A program made the translations under genes and the position numbers. The notes beneath the pieces are model-generated. The model was not told the DNA's origin and ran no database searches. It saw only the letters and a list, made by a program, of their open reading frames with translations. From a virus, in IMG/VR virus record IMGVR_UViG_3300028563_000016, positions 1 to 64,000 of that record: a stretch of DNA of 64,000 nucleotides. The stretch is one strand, 5' to 3'. Shown in pieces: positions 59,528 through 64,000 of this stretch; the stretch's first letter is position 1; the number at the start of each line of letters is the position of its first letter.

Positions 59528-62032
59528 ATGTCACTTCAACGATTATCGCCACAGGACATCGAGGTAGTCTCAGTTCAGACAAACCCGATTAGGCACTATG
59601 TTTCGAGTTCAACTGGCACTTCTGGCTTTGTGCAGTTGTTTCCACGTCAGACGCACATGTTGAAAGATATTTCACCATCAAGCGTATATGTTGACTTGAC
59701 ACATGATGACGCCGATTTATCGTCTTTATACAATTTTGCTCAGCGCCTAGGACAAGGAGCTGTTTTAAATTCAGGCAGTTATCTTGCAAATGACATTGCA
59801 AAATCATTCACTCGCGCGCTAAATCAATATCTTGATGGCGTTACTGCACAAATAACGTCTGAAAGAAACAGTAAGGTGTTGGATGTTGTGAGATTTACTC
59901 CCGGCGTTGTTTATTCACAAGACACTGTCAGCAAATCAATTGTCAAGAATTTATTGAACAACTATTACAACACAACGTATCCGACTGCACACTGGGGCTT
60001 TACAAATTACAATACATTGAATTTTTTCACCGCCTCGTCAGTTCCATCGTCAAGCGTGTTGATATATCCTAACGTCGATACAGAACACTCTGAATTTCAT
60101 GAAGGATACGTTAGTGGAACGTACACACCGTCTGGATCGTTTAGTTTTGATTTTTATATCAATCCACGTTATAAACAATCTGACACAGACGTTGATTATC
60201 ATGCAGGAACAATTTTGCATCTTTCGTCGACATATGCCTTATCATTAATTTCTGGTTCTTTACGAGACGAAAATGGAAAAGCAGCAGCATTTAGATTACA
60301 ACTTCAATTGAGTCACAGTGCGGACGTAAAACCATCACTTGCGAAGCAAGGAAACTATCCACAAGACTTAGTTTTTTTGTCAGATGACAACGGTTTACTA
60401 TACAACAATTGGCATCATGTTATTGTAAGATGGGGAACAAATAACTTTTACGGTGGAACGGGATCTTTTAACATTGACGCAGTAAATGCGGGAACGTTTT
60501 GTGTCCCAAGTGGAACTATAACTCCCAAACTGATGATTCCGGAACCTGACGTATTGTGTGTCGGAAACTATTTTGATGGTGTTGGTTTTGGTGATGCAGC
60601 TGCAAGTTTATTTTTTGCGACAAATCCTGCAACGAGAGATGGATTACAAATTTTAGTCAATGATGCTGGTGCACATGAGGCTCCCGTTGATTATGCGTTT
60701 GATCATCCGCTTAACGCTGAGTTACATGATTTGTCAATGCGCAGAAGGTATATGTCTGACACTGACATTGCATTTTCTGCGTCTAAACCACCCACGTCGT
60801 TAGACAAGTCATTCATGTTGTACATCCCTCCATTTTTTAGGCCAACGTCACCAATAAGAAAGTTTGTGGGTGATCATGGTGGAATATTACAAACACCATT
60901 TTTTGAAGTTGATGGAACAACGATCGATCCGTTCAACGTTGCAATGTCATTCGGAGTCGATGGACATTACATGAATATTGAGAATTATGTTCATGACTTT
61001 GCAAGTGATCTTGATCCACTGTTACATCACATGACTGGATCTGCAATCACAACGACAACTGACGCGTTGTTTGCAAACGACTTTCTCTACGCGCAACCGT
61101 TTGTAGTGCGTAGAAATACATTTATAATGCCATGTGATGACGGAAATTTCGTTCCTAGTTTTGAATTATTAATGAGTGAAAGCAAGACATATAACAAGTT
61201 TGTTGATGACTTGGGACAGACTGACTTTACGATGGTGAACTTAGATAACCTTGTAACTCCCGCGTCATTACTTTTTGGAAGTGACTTTGATCAAGGAAAC
61301 GTTGCTGACACAATTGCATACGCAATGGCGGATGATGCGATCGGTTTTTCACCTGAAAATGTAGCCGGGCCATTCGGTCCTGCGTATGCGAACTATGCGA
61401 GATCATTGGCAATATCAATTGCATCAGGTGAGTTTGAGCCTGGCATTCAAGCAACTGCGCCATTGACAATATACCAACGTACCCGCGATCCATCTTCAAA
61501 CCAAGTAACGTTCTTTAGCATAAGTAACATATTTTACGGTGATTCAATTAAACCACAAAGTTTTTATTTGAACGACGATAACTTGTCGGGCTCTGCTGGT
61601 ACAATTTCAATCACGTTGCGAGACGACGGGTACGGAAATTTGTATCGTGCTGATTGTTTGACAAAACAAGCAACGTGGAACTCGTGCGGAAATTTGTATT
61701 ACAATGAGGGTTTGGCTGTCGTCAAGAATCCTTCGTTGAACTTCTTTGGAAAAGAAAAGTACACGATTGATTTGCGAGGAACTCACAACGTTCACGTAAT
61801 GAAGATTGACGTGTTTGCACAGGCAGGTCAGATCAATTCATCTAGCAATCCGACTTATCTAAGTATCCCACCAAGTCTAATGGCGAACGAGTGGGACGAC
61901 ACGTTTGTGCAACTTTCAGGAATTAACTTTCATGATGACAACATGAACGTTGTCGCAAAGACATCATTTGCACAGCCCATAGTAAAAAGAGCGAGCGATC
62001 GACTCTGCATTCGTACAAAGTTTGATTTCTGA
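59528..62032 (+). CDS. Virion structural protein with a LamG-like domain
   Basis: FSFDFYINP, WHHVIVRW and AELHDL; C-terminus paralogous to 57749..58939. Confidence 0.65.
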   Translation: MSLQRLSPQDIEVVSVQTNPIRHYVSSSTGTSGFVQLFPRQTHMLKDISPSSVYVDLTHDDADLSSLYNFAQRLGQGAVLNSGSYLANDIAKSFTRALNQYLDGVTAQITSERNSKVLDVVRFTPGVVYSQDTVSKSIVKNLLNNYYNTTYPTAHWGFTNYNTLNFFTASSVPSSSVLIYPNVDTEHSEFHEGYVSGTYTPSGSFSFDFYINPRYKQSDTDVDYHAGTILHLSSTYALSLISGSLRDENGKAAAFRLQLQLSHSADVKPSLAKQGNYPQDLVFLSDDNGLLYNNWHHVIVRWGTNNFYGGTGSFNIDAVNAGTFCVPSGTITPKLMIPEPDVLCVGNYFDGVGFGDAAASLFFATNPATRDGLQILVNDAGAHEAPVDYAFDHPLNAELHDLSMRRRYMSDTDIAFSASKPPTSLDKSFMLYIPPFFRPTSPIRKFVGDHGGILQTPFFEVDGTTIDPFNVAMSFGVDGHYMNIENYVHDFASDLDPLLHHMTGSAITTTTDALFANDFLYAQPFVVRRNTFIMPCDDGNFVPSFELLMSESKTYNKFVDDLGQTDFTMVNLDNLVTPASLLFGSDFDQGNVADTIAYAMADDAIGFSPENVAGPFGPAYANYARSLAISIASGEFEPGIQATAPLTIYQRTRDPSSNQVTFFSISNIFYGDSIKPQSFYLNDDNLSGSAGTISITLRDDGYGNLYRADCLTKQATWNSCGNLYYNEGLAVVKNPSLNFFGKEKYTIDLRGTHNVHVMKIDVFAQAGQINSSSNPTYLSIPPSLMANEWDDTFVQLSGINFHDDNMNVVAKTSFAQPIVKRASDRLCIRTKFDF

Positions 62033-62064
62033 AATTTCATGATATTTATCGACAGGAGAACATC

Positions 62065-62553
62065 ATGAAATTTCTACCCGTTTTAGCACTTATCATTGCA
62101 ACTTCATTTACGCCTGCTTGTGCTATGTTGACGCAGCCACAAACGCCTGTGACGACTATTACAAACGCTGAAACAATTGCTCGCACTACGCTACAAAACG
62201 CACAAATTGGGTGGCTTTTTGTCGTGCCGCTCATCACTGTTTCACATCCTGATAAAGTTCAAGACTTGACTACAAAATACTACGCCGCGGTGCAAAAGGC
62301 GTCTGACGCGCTTGATACTCTTGATAAAGTAAAAGCTTCTCTCACGAGCGGTGTCACGGTAACTATCGACTTGAACACTGCGTTGAAAGCGGAGTCGCTT
62401 GCAATCGTTGAGGTGATGAACATAATTGCTGAAGCAAAAGCTGCATCAGGAAAAGCAAAAGCTACGCAAAATAGTCATGCACAAAATCTTGGTGTGCCTG
62501 GCTATGACAACGCACTTGCAGGGTCTGATCAACTTCGTTCAATGGTGAAGTGA
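62065..62553 (+). CDS. Putative lipoprotein, helical
   Basis: Signal peptide ending TPAC; AGGAG RBS. Confidence 0.55.
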   Translation: MKFLPVLALIIATSFTPACAMLTQPQTPVTTITNAETIARTTLQNAQIGWLFVVPLITVSHPDKVQDLTTKYYAAVQKASDALDTLDKVKASLTSGVTVTIDLNTALKAESLAIVEVMNIIAEAKAASGKAKATQNSHAQNLGVPGYDNALAGSDQLRSMVK

Positions 62554-62973
62554 GTGCCTCGCAGACGTCGCAAAAAGCGTTATCACACCGGAATTCATTT
62601 AAGCGATAAATTGACAAGTAAAATGAAATACCGCTCTGGGTGGGAGTGTACTTTTGCATGTTTGCTCGACAATGATCCGACAGTAAAATTATATAGCTAC
62701 GAAAGTATCGTCATTCCTTACGTGTCAAACAAGACTACACACAAGGTGCGACGATACTTTCCTGACTTTTTCATTACGTATGTCGATGGTTCACGTGTTC
62801 TCGTTGAAATAAAACCACGACGAAAATTGGTTCAAAAGACGGTGCAGAAAAAGCTCGCTGCCGCTAAAAGTTGGTGTTCGTGTAACGACGTGACACTCAG
62901 GATCATTACTGAAGTTGAGTTAAAGGAATATGAACTGTCACAAAAAGAAGCGTCAGAATTGAAATCAATCTAA
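62554..62973 (+). CDS. Head-completion nuclease (T4 gp4/TnsA-like)
   Basis: YRSGWE, YE...IPY, RRYFPDF, VEIKP, K..AA..WC and IITE. Confidence 0.85.
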   Translation: MPRRRRKKRYHTGIHLSDKLTSKMKYRSGWECTFACLLDNDPTVKLYSYESIVIPYVSNKTTHKVRRYFPDFFITYVDGSRVLVEIKPRRKLVQKTVQKKLAAAKSWCSCNDVTLRIITEVELKEYELSQKEASELKSI

Positions 62974-63270
62974 AAACTTGACAATGTTTCTTGCGATTGT
63001 TTCTATGTCACTAATTTCGTTAACAACGGGAACGTATGATTTGTCTTCACGTTGTTTTATTAGATCGATGTAATAACAATTTGATCCGGTGTTGTTGCGA
63101 ACTAACGTAACGAGTTTATTGTCATTTTTTTGTAAATCAACAATTGTCTTTTTGTTCTCACCCACTGCAACGTTGACTACGGAAACAGGAGACATTTTTT
63201 GAACTCGCCAAACAATGTTTATGATTGTTATGTCGGTGTAATAAATGCTTTGGAGCTCAACGTTGTTCAT
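62965..63270 (-). CDS. Hypothetical protein
   Basis: 101-aa ORF with GGAGA RBS. Confidence 0.45.
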   Translation of the reverse strand: MNNVELQSIYYTDITIINIVWRVQKMSPVSVVNVAVGENKKTIVDLQKNDNKLVTLVRNNTGSNCYYIDLIKQREDKSYVPVVNEISDIETIARNIVKFLD

Positions 63271-63322
63271 GAAAAGTTCTCCTGTTGATAAATAGGAGAG
63301 AATTAATTGTATACAATTTTAA

Positions 63323-63892
63323 CTAACAATATTCTTTCAACCCCGCCAATGCCACGACATAAGCATCAACTTCATCGTAGCAAAATCCTTCAATCGAAAC
63401 TTTGCCTTTGTTCTTTCCACGAGAACACGTGATCGTTGGCCAAACTACGTTCTTGAGGTCATGTGTAGACATGTGGTTGAACACTTGTTGCTTGTGATCG
63501 ATGCCAACCTTCTTTGCTTGTTGCATCTTCATTCCACACGCTTTTCGTGCATGTGTGCAAGCGATGAACGTGGGCGTAAATCCCGTTACGTTGCGAGCGA
63601 TGTAAGATGCAATGCCATTAAATTGTGAAAGCGTCGATATTGTCTGTGCAGAACTTGAACCTGCAGAAAATTTCATTGCGATGTTTTCAACAAAAAGATG
63701 AGTTATTTTATTGAATAATTTTCCATTCTGCAAAATTGACTTCAACACTTTTTCAAACTCGTCGGCCTTTTCCCAAGGTCCTTCAAACTTTGACAAGTCG
63801 ACATGTGCAAGCTCGAATTCACCCTGCTTTGTGACAGCCGCAACACCGACGACGTGAGTGCTGATGTCGAGCCCAAAAGAAACAGTCTCCAT
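63323..63892 (-). CDS. RuvC-like Holliday junction resolvase
   Basis: GLDIST..G, FVE, L..FNG, ARK and D..DAYVVA. Confidence 0.8.
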   Translation of the reverse strand: METVSFGLDISTHVVGVAAVTKQGEFELAHVDLSKFEGPWEKADEFEKVLKSILQNGKLFNKITHLFVENIAMKFSAGSSSAQTISTLSQFNGIASYIARNVTGFTPTFIACTHARKACGMKMQQAKKVGIDHKQQVFNHMSTHDLKNVVWPTITCSRGKNKGKVSIEGFCYDEVDAYVVALAGLKEYC

Positions 63893-64000
63893 GAATGATT
63901 AATAAACTACGGAGAATTTTTTGAAAATTTATCCCTTAATACACATGAACTGCTTCAACATGTGTTCTTATACGCTCCTGGTGTTGCTATCACGCTTCCA

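Noticed and set aside
62554-62973. Tn7 TnsA transposase
   Set aside because: No TnsB/C or transposon ends; size and context fit a gp4-like head-completion nuclease
63323-63892. Cas12/TnpB-type RuvC effector
   Set aside because: Only 189 aa with no Zn-finger or recognition lobe; an ordinary resolvase
1-64000. tRNA or rRNA genes
   Set aside because: No cloverleaf or T-loop signature found by eye in the few intergenic gaps; a tRNAscan-SE/Infernal run would be needed to exclude them

Overview
This window is a 64-kb piece of a very large (jumbo/huge) T4-like myophage genome read in the standard genetic code. The host is probably Gram-negative, inferred from several lipoproteins and a putative outer-membrane beta-barrel. 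The left part (about 1-37 kb, mostly minus strand) carries a dispersed glyco-modification toolkit: about 11 glycosyltransferase-like genes, a NodU/CmcH carbamoyltransferase, two SAM methyltransferases and a UDP-sugar dehydrogenase. It also holds a sigma factor, a lysozyme, a ligase-like nucleotidyltransferase and many small ORFs. Coding strand bias flips at a non-coding tandem repeat near 37.1 kb, a candidate replication origin. The right part (mostly plus strand) encodes a degenerate GroEL, ClpP, a DinG/Rad3-type helicase split into two genes joined by a naturally split intein, an Hc1-like protein, PIN-PhoH, a block of large virion genes interleaved with free-standing homing endonucleases, a gp4-like nuclease and a RuvC-like resolvase. 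The main highlights are the split intein, a stand-alone fragment resembling the major capsid protein, homopolymer frameshifts suggesting phase variation, an unannotated RHH regulator divergent from a CCCE-repeat protein, a recurring late-promoter motif, and an apparent ACG start codon. All family assignments come from motif recognition by eye; no database searches were run.
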